The translations under genes were made by a program, and so were the position numbers. The notes below the pieces were generated by a model. That model saw only the letters and a program-made list of their open reading frames with translations, made no database searches and was not told the origin of the DNA. 64,000 bases of DNA from Eledone cirrhosa. Its lineage: Eukaryota. How positions within the stretch are numbered: position 1 is the first letter of the stretch; each line of letters begins with the position of its first letter. Below, in pieces: positions 43,765 to 59,062 of this stretch. The stretch spans positions 64,170,001-64,234,000 of the forward strand of contig OZ024740.1 in NCBI GenBank assembly GCA_964016885.1, written 5' to 3'.

Positions 43765-44530
43765 AGAAAAACAATAATGAGTGCATGGATAATTCAGAGT
43801 TCAAAACAATGTCTATAATAATTTTTCGTTTGGATATTTTCTCTATATTTGAATCATATATATAGAAATGTGGTAGGTATATTTAAACATATTTAAAAAT
43901 ATATAAAATATAATATACATATAATACATTATATTATAAATAAGTGATCAAAAGCGCAGCAAAAATTCACGTTTATATATAAGTTTGAATCTGTCTTAAA
44001 TTTTAGATTTTATAGTGCAGTAAATATATTTAAAAGAAATATATACATATACTATATTATATTATACTATAAATAAGAGATAAAAAAACTCATTAAAAGT
44101 TCACAGTTATAGATAAGTTTCATAAAAATTTATGGATTGGGTATTAAACTAAAATTTAAAAGAGATAAAAAATGTATTAAAAATTCACAGTTATATATAA
44201 ATTCCGTAAATATGTAAGGATTAGGTATTATACTAAATTATAAGCATAGATAGGAAGATAGATAGAGAAATAAGGAGATAAAGAAATGATGGTATTGATC
44301 AAAGTTAACAAAATAATGTTGTGTGTATCAATGTTTAGGCATGTTATTGAACAAGTGTCATTCATTCGAGTGTTGTTTCTTCTATAGATAGCTATAAAAT
44401 AAAGCAATATTAAAGGCCATTAATGTTTTTCACCGTTGATTATATATTCCTGGTAACCGAGTTATTATTGGTTTTGAGTTATTGCTTCTTTTTTTCTCGT
44501 TTTATGTGAGGCTAAAAAAGTGGACGTAGC

Positions 44531-45697
44531 TTAATGGAGGCAACTAGGGAATAATTCACTCTTTTTGTTAATTAGGGTCTCATAGTTATTAATAATCAAC
44601 AGGGTCTCCATTGTACACAGCGGGCAGTTATTTGATATACTAGAGTTGCGGTAAATTCCACAGTTCAGAACTTTTGTCCAAAGAATGGAGTATTTTAAAT
44701 TCTTCTCTTTTAATGACCATATGAGCTGTGATAAAGACGTGAATGATTTCCTCTTAGAGTTCGAGAATGAGCATTTATGGTTCTCAAACCGAGCTTTGAA
44801 TGTGGACGAGGTCGATCCAATGTAGTTGTATGTTTTGTGATCAGTTTTTACGGTGCATTTATAAACCAAATTACTATCTAAACAATTATTTTGCAAAGGG
44901 CAATTAGTTTTATTTCTACAATTACATTTTGGTTTAGTATCATTAATGTTAACTCTATTATTATGATCATTATGTTGGTTTGGTTTTAGGATTTTGGCGT
45001 TTAATTTGGCAATGTTTTGGGTCATGTTACTGGTTGTAGAATTTGAGAATTTAATGGTATGTCTATTAAAAATGGAATGGTATTTATGTTGAGTAGGGAA
45101 AGAGGTGTCAAGAGCTTTAAAGAATAGTTTTGCAATTGGTGTTTTAACTGCGACCGAGGCAGGGGGTGCAAACCATATGACTGGTTTAGATCTAGTTCGT
45201 ATTCTCGATTTATTTAGCGTATGTGTGTTTGAATAATAATTATTAGAGTTTCTCTTATATATGTTATTATTTTTATTATTATTATTAGGAATAATACTTG
45301 GATTATTATTATCTACATATTCTATATTATTCACATATCCTGCTCTTTTTAACGCGTTGTTGTAGTATTCAGCGTTTTTATCAAATATATCTTTATTAGC
45401 TGATATTTTATTAATACGTTTTTGCACACTATTTACTATAGCTTTTTTTTTTTTACAGATCCAGGGTGATTTGAATAGTTACTAACATAATTTAAGTTTT
45501 CATTTGACTTATGAAAAGGGTAATAAAAGCCAGTGTTTAAGTTAAAGGTAACGTCAAGGAAATTAACTATTTTGGTACCGTTTTCTACTTCTAATTTAAG
45601 GTCGTACGTTTTAAAGAATTCTATTATACTTTTCTTAAATCTATTTAGTTCTATATTGTTGTGTTTGACCACCGTAAATAAAATGTCGTCTCTATAT
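44531..45697 (-). pseudogene. Penelope-like RT C-terminus plus GIY-YIG, frameshifted
   Basis: YRDD at the truncation point, VNFLDVTFNL, SNHP, CNCRNKTNCPLQNNC, LVYKC..YIGST..FKARF.NH, CPLC..E. Confidence 0.92.
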
Positions 45698-47013
45698 AAA
45701 AATTGTTATAGACATTGTTTTGAACTCTGAATTATCCATGCACTCATTATTCTTTTTCTTATGTAACACGTTGAACTCTACTTTATAAAATTATAACTGT
45801 TATCATTTACCTAAAGTATACTACACTAATAATACCTAATATATATCTATATATATACCTCCCTGTATATAATAACTGTTCTACTTTAGGCACAAGGCCA
45901 GCAATTACCAGTGCATTACTGGTACTTTATTTTATCGACCCCGTAAGGATGAAAGGCAAAGTCAACGTCGGCGGGATTTGAACTCATATATCCTGTATCT
46001 AATAATAATATGTTGATATCTTGGTTGAAGAATAATTAGTACATTTACACCCAGTTATACATAGGTGTATATTTGTCCTAAACATGCTTCAATATATTAT
46101 CTTACTTTATTTTTATCTTCGTCGTTATTATTTACCTTAAACATACTGGCTCATTAATATATACCTATATACATAATAGTTATTTAAATATTTATAACAA
46201 TAAGTACTTCAAAAGCTTTACATACCTAATATGTTGGTATCTTTGTTAAAGTTTAAATTTAGGTAAATAATCAAGAGTATAATATTTCATTCTTTATGTG
46301 CCAGCTAAATCCTTTAAATATTACCCTCATAAATTCAGAAGTTTAGAAATGATAACACACTTATCGAATTTATAAAAATAAAATATAAATAACCAGCAAA
46401 TAATCCTGAAATCTGGAGTCTTCACCCTAATATTATAAATTAAATATTTTCAAATTTAACCGTTTAACTTTCGGAAAAAATCTCCTTCTGCATATATCAC
46501 CCCCCCCCTCCTTATCTTTCCCTCTTTATAAATCCTTTTCCAGTGGCTATCACTGGCTGTTATGATTCATGAGACGTTTTCCTAAATATATCGTAGTATC
46601 ATACATTTTAAAACCTTCAGAACAGTTACAGTAAGCAACGTTTTTTCTTACTCACACTTTCTCTAATGAATTTATTTTCGTTTTCACATTTTCTCATAAT
46701 TAGGCTATATAAGTAAAATTTTCTCGTGGTTAATCACTACCTTGATTAAATCATTTAACATTTCAGGGTATGTCATGTATGATTATATTTTGTCTGATGG
46801 GGACGTACTGTTTGTTGTACATACGAAATATGTATATTAAAATCAAAAGTACATCTATTTTTATTAATATTTATATTTTAATATTAATAACTCCAGAAAA
46901 TTATTTTTCTCGTAGAGTGCTTCCAATCTACTGTAAAACTCATTCTTTGACATAATCATTTAATATCGTTTAACACTTTAATATATATATATATATATAT
47001 TACGACGTGTGAT

Positions 47014-47312
47014 AGCAGCCGAAGTCTATGATAAAGTTATATCTGTATAAATACAGCGTGTGTAATCGAGACTGCACCGATGTGTATGAATATATACACA
47101 TATTTAATATGTAGCTATGTAAACATGCAAAAAAACATTTATTTCCTTGTCAATGTTTCAATTTACAGGGAAATTCGTTATTTTCTCCAAATTAAAAATG
47201 CCTACACATGCGTGCACATTAGATATGTGTATATATGTCTACACATTGGTGTAATCTCGGTTACACACTTTGTATTTCTACAGATATATCTTTATCACAT
47301 GCTGCGGCTGCT
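47014..47312. repeat. About 300-bp imperfect fold-back; extra arm copy at 47497-47615
   Basis: 47014-47155 pairs with 47160-47312 (agcagccg..tgataaagttatatctgta / tacagatatatctttatcac..cggctgct). Confidence 0.85.
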
Positions 47313-47611
47313 GACTTAATTATTAGTACAAATCTTAATTATTATTAACACTAAGTATATGCAAATTAAAACGTTCATTCCAGAATAATGCTAAGAACGA
47401 TGGGGTATAAACACCCATGAGATACGTGTTCCCTTTTGGTTGACTGGGTGATATACACGTCTTCTATGGGTCAATTAAAGATGTTTATCATTCTTTTCAA
47501 TTTACAGGGAAATTCGTATTTTCTGACATCTTTACATGCCTACATATTAGATATGTGTGTATATTTATACATGTCGGTTACAAACTCTGTATTTATATGG
47601 ATATAACTTTA

Positions 47612-48407
<796 letters not shown>

Positions 48408-48859
48408 TGCGTTTGCTTTTTCTATTGAAAGGTTTTTCTCTTTGCATGTATACATGTTAATATTATTAAGAAGAAAAGAAACAAATAAAAACAACAGGGG
48501 CAACAACAACAATAATAACCAATAGTTGAAAGAAATATTTCTGTATGTCGACAGCAAATTCTTGTTCCTCAGACATAATTCGATCTGTGCCTTTTGTCTG
48601 GCATATTTTTTGTTTTCTATCTAGAACAATAATGTTTCCAATACCATAAAAATAATTCACCAACATCAGCTGCGATAGCAGCAGGAGTACAAATATCAAT
48701 ATGAATAGTAGAACTACCATTACTACCACAGCAACTAGCACTCCACTACCACAATGGTTATCACCTACACTACAAACTCTACCATCTCCATTACTATTCT
48801 TACAGCTATAACAATAAACCCACCCCATCATCATAATCAACGTCTCCATTATTACCATT

Positions 48860-50660
48860 GCTAATTTTACCACCACCAACACACCATCGCCAACAGCAGC
48901 TGCACTGCAATCACCACCAATAGAAACTTCAAATATCACTACCAACACCAACGACACTAGAACTACCGCCACCACCAACAACAATACCACGACTACCACT
49001 ACCAATACCTCCACACCACCACCACCAACACCTCCACCACGACTACCACTACCAATACCATCACCACCAGCAGCAACAGCAACAACACCACCACCACCAC
49101 CACCAACAATACAACAACTACCACTACCAATACCTCCACACCAGCACCAACAACACCTCCACCACGACTACCACTACCAATACCACCACCACCAACAACA
49201 CCACCGCCATCTCCACCACCACCACCAACACCTCCACCACGACTACCACAACCAATACCACCACCACACTAACAACACCACCGCCACCACCAACAACAAC
49301 AACACCACCACCTCCACCACCACCAACAACACCACCGCCACCGCCACCACCAACAACACCACCGCCACTACCACCACCACCAACACCACCACCTCCACCA
49401 CCACCAACAACAATACCACGACTACCACTACCAATACCACCACCACACTAACAATACCACCGCCACCACCACACTAACAACACCACCGCCACCACCACCA
49501 CCAACAACACCACGACCTCCACCACCACCAACAACACCAACCACCGCCACCACCACCAACAACACCACCTCCACCACCACCACGACCACCACCACGACCA
49601 CCACCACGAACAACAATACCACGACTACCACTACCAATACCACCACCACACTAACAACACCACCGCCACCACCACCACACTAACAACACCACCGCCATCA
49701 CCACCACCAACAACACCACGACCTCCACCACCACCACCACCAACAACAACACCACGACCTCCACCACCACCAACACCAACCACCACCACCACCACCAACA
49801 ACACCACCACCATCTCCACCACCACCACCACCACCACCACCACCACCAACACAACCACCACCACCAACAACAACAACAATACCACGACTACCACTACCAA
49901 TACCACCACCACACTAACAACACCACCGCCACCACCACCACACTAACAACACCACCGCCACCACCACCACCAACAACACCACGACCTCCACCACCACCAA
50001 CAACACCAACCACCTCCACCACCACCACCACCACCACCAACACCACCAACACCACCACCACCAACACCACCAACACCACCACCTCCACCACCACCACCAA
50101 CAACAACAATACCACGACTACCACTACTAATACCACCACCAAACTAACAACACCACCACCACCAACACCACCACCTCCACCACCACCACCACCACCTCCA
50201 CCACCACCCCACCACCACCACCTCCACCACCACCACCAACAACACTACCACGACTACCACTACCAATACCACCACTACCAACACCACCACCACCACCACC
50301 AACAACAATACCAATACCACCACCACCCCACCACCACCACCTCCACCACCACCACCAACAACAATACCACGACTACCACTACCAATACCACCACCACCAA
50401 CACCACCACCACCACCACCAACAACAATACCACGACTACCACTACCAATACCACCACCACCAACACCACCACCACCACCACCAACAACAATACCACGACT
50501 ACCACTACCAATACCACCACCTCCACCACCACCACCACCAACAGTAATACCATGACTACCACTACCAATACCACCACCACACTAACAACACCACACTATC
50601 AATCCTCATCATAATAGCCATAACTACAACATACACTACCACCAATGGTATCAGTATCAC
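48860..50660. repeat. (ACC/AAC)n low-complexity array with higher-order unit accacgactaccactaccaatacc
   Basis: The 24-mer recurs more than ten times between variable ACC/AAC runs. Confidence 0.9.
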
Positions 50661-50901
50661 CACCTTCAGATCCACCAAAACCATGACCACAACCATGCTA
50701 ACAATAACATGCTAACAATAACAATGACAAGAAAATAAGCATAATAAAAAACAATGCAAACGATGCTACACGGTGAGACGCCGCCACCATCAATAGGGCC
50801 AACAGTGAGGAAAGATACAGAAAGAACTAGCACAGGCAACAATGGTAATATGTCTAGCAAGAAACGTCAGTAAAGAAATATAGTAAAAAAAAAGTCACAG
50901 C

Positions 50902-50972
<71 letters not shown>

Positions 50973-51294
50973 GGGATAGCAGAGGGAGATAGATAGATAG
51001 ATAGATAGATAGAGAAGGAGAGGGTGAGAGAGAGAGTGACAGAGAGAGAGAGTGACAGAGAGAGAGAGAGAACAGAGAGAGATAGATATATAGAGAGAGA
51101 GGGAGAGAGGCGAGAGGGAAAGAGACGAGAGTGAGAGAGAGAGAGTGACAGAGAGAGAGAGAGAGGTGAGGGAGAGATAGGAGAGATAGATAGATAAATA
51201 TAAATATATATACCCCACCCCCACACTCTCAAAAGCGAGAACCTAATAAACTACTATTTGTACTGCCTCTCTGTTTTTGTTCCTGTCCAATTTT

Positions 51295-51335
<41 letters not shown>

Positions 51336-51337
<2 letters not shown>

Positions 51338-51520
51338 CAAAGGAAATGTGGTACGGAACCAGATGGACCATAACGCACCAGAGTACTAAATACTTAGGGT
51401 AGTAGAGTGGGTAATAGGAACGAGTAGGACCCCGACGGCTGAGCTCAAGCCGCTTCGACGGCTAATTCTGGACTAAAAAAAACGGCTTGACCTCAGCCGT
51501 CGGGGTCCTACTCGTTCCTA
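51336..51520 (-). mobile_element. Penelope-like 3' terminus with 38-bp fold-back (mini-element C)
   Basis: In (TA)n; arms 51415-51452/51483-51520 with 1 mismatch; homolog of 4395-4535. Confidence 0.65.
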
Positions 51521-51522
51521 TA

Positions 51523-51659
<137 letters not shown>

Positions 51660-51787
51660 TCTGGCAGTGCAAACCATTTCAAAGAGTTGCTATATACAGT
51701 TGGTATTACGTCAACAATGAAAATTACCAACAACAGCAGCAAGCAACAACCGAATGAAATGGAAAGAGAAGACAAAGAACGCACATG

Positions 51788-51822
<35 letters not shown>

Positions 51823-52199
51823 GTGATGATGAGGTTGATTATGATGATGATGGTGATGGTGCTGGTGGTGATGATGATGATGATGATGGTGGTGGTGATG
51901 ATGATGATGATGATGATGATGATAATCACAATGAAGTTGATAAAGTAGGAGGGAAAATAGTGAGAACAAAACATTGAATCGACAAGGAAATATCACAACA
52001 ATCTTTATGAAAAGCTTTCACCCCAGCAATAATAACAACATAGCTGTCATTATTATTACGATTAATATCACCCTCATCTCTATTATCAATCTCTATGAAA
52101 CGAAATACAACTGAAAGAACAATAAAATCATGACCACCATCACCATCACCGTCACCAACACTAGCTTCCTCCAGCCAACACCACAAGGCATCAAATATG

Positions 52200-52850
52200 G
52201 AGACGGAAACAGTAAATTATATCGACTCCAGTAAATGGCTGCTACTTTATTATAACGACTCTGGAAATATAAAGGACGAAGTTAAGATCGGTGGAATTTG
52301 AGCCGAGAACTTAAAAGGCAATAACTAAATATCAAAAGTGGTTTTCTGACTCTCTTGCCATTCTGCCAACCTACCTAAATAATTGTTTCTACTTTTGGCA
52401 CAAGGCCAGCAAATACCTAGTGTATTACTGGTACTTTATTTTATCGACCCTGTAAGGATGAAAGGCAAAGTTAACCTAATGATTTCTAGTATAGGCACAA
52501 GGCCAGCAATTTGGGGGAGGGGAAAGTAGATTAAATCGACCCCAGTACGTTACTGGTGCTTTATTTTATCGACCCCGTAAGGATGAAAGGCAAAGTTAAC
52601 CTCGGCGGGATTTGAACTCAGAACGTAAAGGACCGTAACTCTGTGCTGCGACTCTCTACCGATACTGCCAATCCACCGCCCTAACTTACCTAAATAATTG
52701 TTTCTACATTTGGCACAAGGCCAGCAATTATCCCAATGTATTACTGGTACTTTATTTTATCGACCCCGTAAGGATGAAAGGCAAAGTTAACCTCGGCGGA
52801 ATTTGAACTCAGATCGTAAAGGGCAGTAACTCAGTTGCAAAGCAAATAAT
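52200..52850 (-). mobile_element. Cluster of four tandem SINE copies or fragments
   Basis: Repeated tttcta..ggcacaaggccagcaa and ggatgaaaggcaaagttaacct; acctaaataattg recurs at 52373 and 52688. Confidence 0.88.
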
Positions 52851-52954
52851 AATCAGAAAGTCCGATTAGGAGTCAAACGCGGTATATGATCTTCAATGTC
52901 TACCGAATAAGATTAACATATCTAAAGAAGGTAACATTGTTTTCTGTACATAAA

Positions 52955-53085
52955 TATGCAGGCATGCATGAGTGGTTAAGGAGTTCATCTCACTGTGTAG
53001 TTTCGCGATCATCCTACTGCGTGGCACTGTCGGATCTTGCTTAACTGTCTTTTGATGTAGGCTCGGATTGATCAAAGCATGCTGA
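52955..53085 (+). mobile_element. Degenerate SINE of a second family (CORE-like)
   Basis: gcaggcatg..gtggttaag head, ctactgcgtggcac, ggctcgg..gatcaaagc; family call from recollection. Confidence 0.45.
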
Positions 53086-53190
53086 AAGAAAGTGGGTGGG
53101 TGGAAGGTGCCATGTATATAAGTATGTATGTATGTATGTATGTATGTATGTATGTATGTATGTATGTATGTATGTATGTATGTATTTTTG

Positions 53191-53222
<32 letters not shown>

Positions 53223-53223
<1 letters not shown>

Positions 53224-53818
53224 TCTTCTGGTTTTATAATTTCACAAAGTTTTACCAATAGAGTCGGTTTCTAACATAGACACAAGACTCTCTCATTGGA
53301 ATTTACACAACATCAACCAGGTAGATATGTATGTATGCATGTGTAGATATGGATGTTATTGTATGTGTGGATGTGTATGTTTTGAGTTGTATGTGTGCAT
53401 GTGTATATGCTTTGCATCTGTACATGTGTATATGCTGTTATTAGATGCAGAATTTTTGGAATGTTTTACATATTTTTACTGTTCCATTAATGGATTGTAC
53501 TTGTAATTTCCTAACTAGTTGTGTTCTTTCTGTTCCTGTGAACCCTAGCTTCTCAAGATTTGTATTGAGGCAGTTACTAACATACCCCAGTGCCCCAATA
53601 ATCACAGGCATAAATCTGAAGGTGTAATCAGGGTGGAGTATCTGCTGATTTCTCATCAGTTCTGCATAAATATTCTCCTTTTCATTAATCTTTGATATTA
53701 TATTGGCATCTGCTGGGCAGCTAATTTCCACTACTGTGCATGCTTTCTTCTCCCTGTCCCATATCATAATATCTGGTCTGTTATGCCTGCATTTTATTGG
53801 GGTTTTACTGGAACATTA
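53223..53818 (-). mobile_element. 3' 0.6 kb of R4-like family B between (TATG)n tracts
   Basis: Close match to 21370-21980; RLE C-terminus in ORF 53441-53767. Confidence 0.92.
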
Positions 53819-53819
53819 C

Positions 53820-53850
<31 letters not shown>

Positions 53851-53920
53851 TGTATGTATGTATGTATGTATGTATGTATGTATGTATGTATGTATGCATG
53901 TATGTTTGTATGTATGTATG

Positions 53921-56381
53921 TTCTTCTGGTTTTAAAATTTCACAAATTTTACCAATAGAGAGAGAGTCGGTTTCTAACATAGAAACAAGACACTCTCATT
54001 GGAATTTATACAACATCAACTAGGTAGATATGTATGCATGTCTGCATGCATGCATGTGTAGATATGGATGTTATTGTATGTGTGGATGTAGATGTTTTGA
54101 GTTGTATGTGTGCATGTGTATATGCTTTGTATCTGTACATGTGTATATGAAGTTATTAGATGCAAAATGTTTGGAATGTTTTACAGATTTTTACTGCTCC
54201 ATTAATGGATTGTACTTGGTGAGCTTGTTTAACTGTAAAGGGGATAAAGGAAATTGCGATCGCTACCGTGGTATCACTCTGGTGGAATCTGCTAGATTAT
54301 TCTTAAACACTTTTCGAATTTGAACACGAAGAGCTTGGATTTCATCTATCGTCCAATTTCAAATATTGGTGTTAGGACAGGCACAGCAAACATATTGTGA
54401 GCCACTGTTTTATTGTGCGCAGAGATTTCAGATGACGATATTTTTCTTAATTGGGTGTAGTATTCCATTGTTCCGAGTTCCCTGTTACAAATACTTTCAT
54501 AGGATACATTCTCATCTATCTGTAGGTATCTGTAGCAGTCCTTGTCAGATATCGGTGAAATAGTTAGGTCGTTAATAAAAATGTCGTAAGATTGGCTTGT
54601 AGCTTTTACCCGCTTTACAATCATATATGAACATTTATCCTGGCCAAACTTCATTTCTATATCTTTCGAGAACGTCGTAACCAGGCCAAAGCTTTTCTTA
54701 ATTCGATTTATGTTCTTGGCATAGAGTTTCAGGTCATCCACAAATAGGTTATGGGTTAGGTTTGTATTCCTATCTTCCTGTGAGCCAATTGTCTATCATT
54801 CATATTTCCTGAGCAGAAAGGGCAAGGGTTTTAATGATAATAAATAGTAGCACAGAGAGACTCTCTCCTTGAAATTTAGATAGGTTCTCTATGGTTCTGA
54901 TAATAGTGTCTTGGACTTTAGCAAGTCGGAGGGTCTCTATCATCCAAGAGTGGGGAACAGAATCTAATGCTTCACTGTTGTCCAGTCAGACAGGTGTTGC
55001 CGCACCTCTGACATCGTAGTTTTGTTAATTCGGAGTTGTTCAGAACATTACCAAACAACTTTATTATTCCCAAACACCTGTGTTATCATTGTCACAGTGA
55101 TCTTGGAGAAATAGGTTCAGGCAGACTGTATACATGTTATACGTTACGTTCTGGCATACAATGGGCCGGTAGCTTTTCTACCAGTAAGCAATAATCACAT
55201 CTTTTCTTGGAGTTTTCCTATCACAGTCTCAAGGATATAATCATTGAGGCTGTATGCTTTTGTTGTAGCGTAGGGGCAGTAGTTCTTTAGGACCTCCTTC
55301 AACCACACTGCATCTTGGTTGAATTTCTTCTCTTCACTCCATATTTTTTTTCAGAAGGAATCTATGTCTTTCTGTGATGGGGCCTAAGTGACATTTATTA
55401 CTTTGCTCTTCATATCTCTATAGACTGATGTTTGGTTTCGGCTGAATCTCTTACTAATTATTTTTCTTTCAGCCACCCACTCTTAGGATCGATATTTCTC
55501 GCTGACAACTCACAGCTCTTGTTTTAGGGTGATCAGCTTATATTGAAAGTCCCGGTTGTACTGTCTCCAAACATCGTTTCTATTCTATTTTTCACTCCTT
55601 TTTGATGAGAGGTGTAGATGTTTTGTTTTTGTTTGCATGTGCCGAGCATTGTCACATATCCTATAGTCTTCTGTAGGTCAGCAATCTTTTTTCCTATTTT
55701 TGTAATATATGATGGCATTTTTTGTGGTGTTTTGTTCTTGTTAACATTTCTGTTATCACGAAGATAATGTTTCACTGTCATCGCCAGGGCATATAAACAG
55801 ACGTTGATTTGCCAAAATGTAGGAGCTTTAATTCGTCATAAATATTCACCCCCAATTTCATCAATAGCATTATTTGGTTTTTGTTATTTTATTATTTGGT
55901 TTATTTTGGTTTAGTATCACTGTTTTATATCTTTCCACGAGAGAAATGTTTAGACATGAATTAATTTTTCTCTGGAAAGTTTCAATTGTTTATGCTCTTG
56001 ACTTCCCAGCTAATGGCAGACATATTATTATTGACAGTGTTTTCCATAACAGTCGATGTAGAACCAGTTGATACACGTAGTGTAAAAATTCAAACAGGCA
56101 TAGTTCTTTAAAGGGACTGTTTGTGTATTAATGTTGTCTGTTGATGGTCAGCCTGGCTGCTAGAAAGTCTGGTAACATGGCGGCATATTCGATCTGGGGG
56201 ACTTATAATGAATAATGTTCATGTTATTTTTATATTCAACAAACGTTGCCTGAAGGCGTAATTGTTTCGCTGTCAAGTGATTTAGTTCTGGAAGTATTTC
56301 GTCCCAATATAGCTTCCTTATGTTCATATAACCAACTGGGATCTTTTCTTGCCATTTTATAAAAATACATAAATCGTTATT
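53921..56381 (-). mobile_element. Older, internally deleted R4-like family B copy between (TATG)n tracts
   Basis: Colinear with 21370-25110 with several deletions; VDDLKLYAKN, YRYL. Confidence 0.88.
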
Positions 56382-56599
56382 TATGTATGTATGTATGTGC
56401 ATGGGTGCACTCATGGAGGAGTCGTAAGGGCATCATATTGATATACAGCATTTCAAGGGCTTATAAAATCCTGGTGGAGCCCATCCCTCTCCAGGTCTGA
56501 ATGAAGCAGATTTCTTTCAGAGAGGGATAGATAGTGAGAGAGAGGAAGTGAGCAAGAGATTTAGAAGAAGAATCGAACCCAGTCCTAGACTGGGACTTT

Positions 56600-56722
56600 T
56601 TTTCTTTCGACCTCGAAGGAAGAAAGGCAAAGTTGACCTCGACGGGATTTGAACTCAGAGAGTGGAAAGCCGAAACGAATACCGCAAAGTATTCTGTCCG
56701 ACGTTCTAACGACGTTGGCAAT
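56600..56722 (-). mobile_element. SINE
   Basis: aaaggcaaagttgacctcgacgggatttgaactcag. Confidence 0.75.
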
Positions 56723-57263
56723 CCCCCCCCCCTATGTCTATCTCTCTATATCTCTCTCTCTATATATATGCGTATGTATTTATGAATGTATGTACGTATG
56801 TATTTAAGTACGTACGTACGACGTATGTATGTATGTATGTATGTATGTACGTATGTATTTAAGTACGTACGTACGTATGTATGTATATATGTATGTGCAT
56901 ATGTGTGTGCCTGTGTGTATGTTACGTTAGTTCCTGTGCCTATAGTTATGTTTTGCTACGTAGCGGTTCTGTATATAGGAATCGAAAAAAATATGATTGG
57001 CTAAGTCTTTTTAAGACGGCGCTTCCAGCTTGTCCGCAGCCTTATGACTAGAACGAGCAAAAGAATAAAAGTATTACAAGACGTGTCAGAAGTTTGCATT
57101 CCTAACCAATATATCTACTAATATCTGAAAGATATTACAGTCCTATGAACGTAATTCTAATTGCATCTTAGCGTAAATCATTACAGTTTCTTTTGCATAA
57201 GCTCTCTTTTCTTTTAGAATGTGTTTTTACTATAACCAGTAACTCATTCAGTCAGCATATAGC

Positions 57264-57365
<102 letters not shown>

Positions 57366-57659
57366 ACATTTCTGAACGTAAAACAAAACGAAACCCAAAA
57401 CTATTTTCTATTTTGTTTAGTAATCATTTGATAAAAACACATAGAAATAAATATAGAAAATAACAAATAAAACCATTCCTTGCTTCAGAGGTTAGCAGTA
57501 ATCAATAACGTAAACATACTGGATAAAAACAGATACACTACGTGTTTTAATGGTTGGATATCGCTGATATTACTGTTGTTGTTTAGTCCAAGATCGGCAC
57601 ATATATGATCAAAGACATTCTAACCATGACGACCCTGGATTTTTATCAAACATTATAAT

Positions 57660-57872
57660 AATTGTTTCTACTTTAGGCACACGGACAGCAAATTTATGGG
57701 ATGGGAAAGTCGATTAAATCGACACCAGTGCATTACTGGTGCTTTATTTATTGACCTTGTAAGGATGAAAGGCAAAGCTCAACTCGGCGGTATTTGAACT
57801 GAGAACATCAAGGGCCATAACTCTATGCTGTAAAGCATGGTGTGCGACGCTCTACCTATTCTGCCAATCCAT
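57660..57872 (-). mobile_element. Near full-length SINE
   Basis: Tail, core and ctgccaatcc head all match the copy at 12468. Confidence 0.85.
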
Positions 57873-58857
57873 GATGATAATTATGGATCCTCCGATGGTT
57901 TTGTCGATGAGCACTCAGTGGTTCGATCAATTGAACATCCAGCTCGTGAATAAACTTGTAAGAGTTTGTTAATTCAACAGATATGTGCATCCTTAATATA
58001 ATTTACAGTCGGCAATAGCACTACACAAAATGACAAAGGTTGACATTTGAATTACGGGTCCAAACCATCCAACAAACTTCTTTATAGTTTTTCTTCACCT
58101 AATTTTCACTTACAAGGCTTAGATAAACATGAGGCTATGATGACGAACACTTATCAAAGACTCCACACATTGCAGAACAAATTTGTTAATCACTCAACCA
58201 TGCTTACATAGTGTGTCTAGTGTACCTAGTATATCTAGTACTACATTACAATCATGTGTTATTCTTTTATTAAGAAAGTAGCCTATGGAACGAGGGAGAT
58301 TTAACCAATACCCAAAGCAACGCAACACCCACGTGTCAACGAGTTAGCTTCTATTGGAAATAGTACCACAATATCTGAAAGTGACACGGGAGTGTTAGCG
58401 TTCTTCAGTGCAGAAAAATATTAACGGAGGATGTCATTCTGAAAATAAATGATTTATTTGATATGTTTGCGTTTTTAAAATAAGTACTTTAGTAATTAGA
58501 CTATTGGATTCACGATCGTAAAGTGTTGGGAGCAACTCCTAGACCGATCGCGCGTTTTATTCTTGAGCAAAATATTTCATTTTATGGTGCTTTTATGAAA
58601 AGACTAAGGACACTATCTTAGTAGCTTAATTGTTATAAATTAAAGTTGTGTCTCTCGTCTCTTACCCCACTGGACAGCGTTTGGCTTATGTCAGACGCTA
58701 TGACCTCGGATGGATCAGCAGAACCGTTGGTAGGGGTTGAAACTGCCAAAGTTTATATTTGCTCTACGGTTCTTATATATTTGATATATATTTATCCTTA
58801 TCGAGCCCTCTTTGGATTTTAGTCTTCAAATTTATTATTATTACTATATATATATAG

Positions 58858-59062
58858 TGGTGGAACACTGGAAGGTAATATCCGTAGTGGTAGAGCACTC
58901 AGTCCATGGGACGAGTTAGGTAGAAGTGGTTACACAACAGTTAGTTCACCATACTGAGAACAATTGTTTAACCTTAGCGGGTCCTCAGCTCGGAATCTGA
59001 GGATCCGCTAAGGTGAAACAATTGTTCTCGGTATGGTGAACTAACTGTTGTGTAACCACTTC

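Larger units (their letters stand above)
43002..46475 (-). mobile_element. Penelope-like element, 5'-truncated, with long inverted arms
   Basis: 43002-43826 is the reverse complement of 45698-46475; an RT end and GIY-YIG lie between. Confidence 0.9.

Noticed and set aside
48860-50660. Mucin-like Thr/Pro-rich exon or poly-Val ORFs
   Set aside because: The recurring acactaac unit shifts the Thr frame to Pro and then gives a stop, so no stable frame exists.
48860-50660. CRISPR-like repeat-spacer array
   Set aside because: Intervening sequences are low-complexity triplets of variable length; eukaryotic context and no cas genes.
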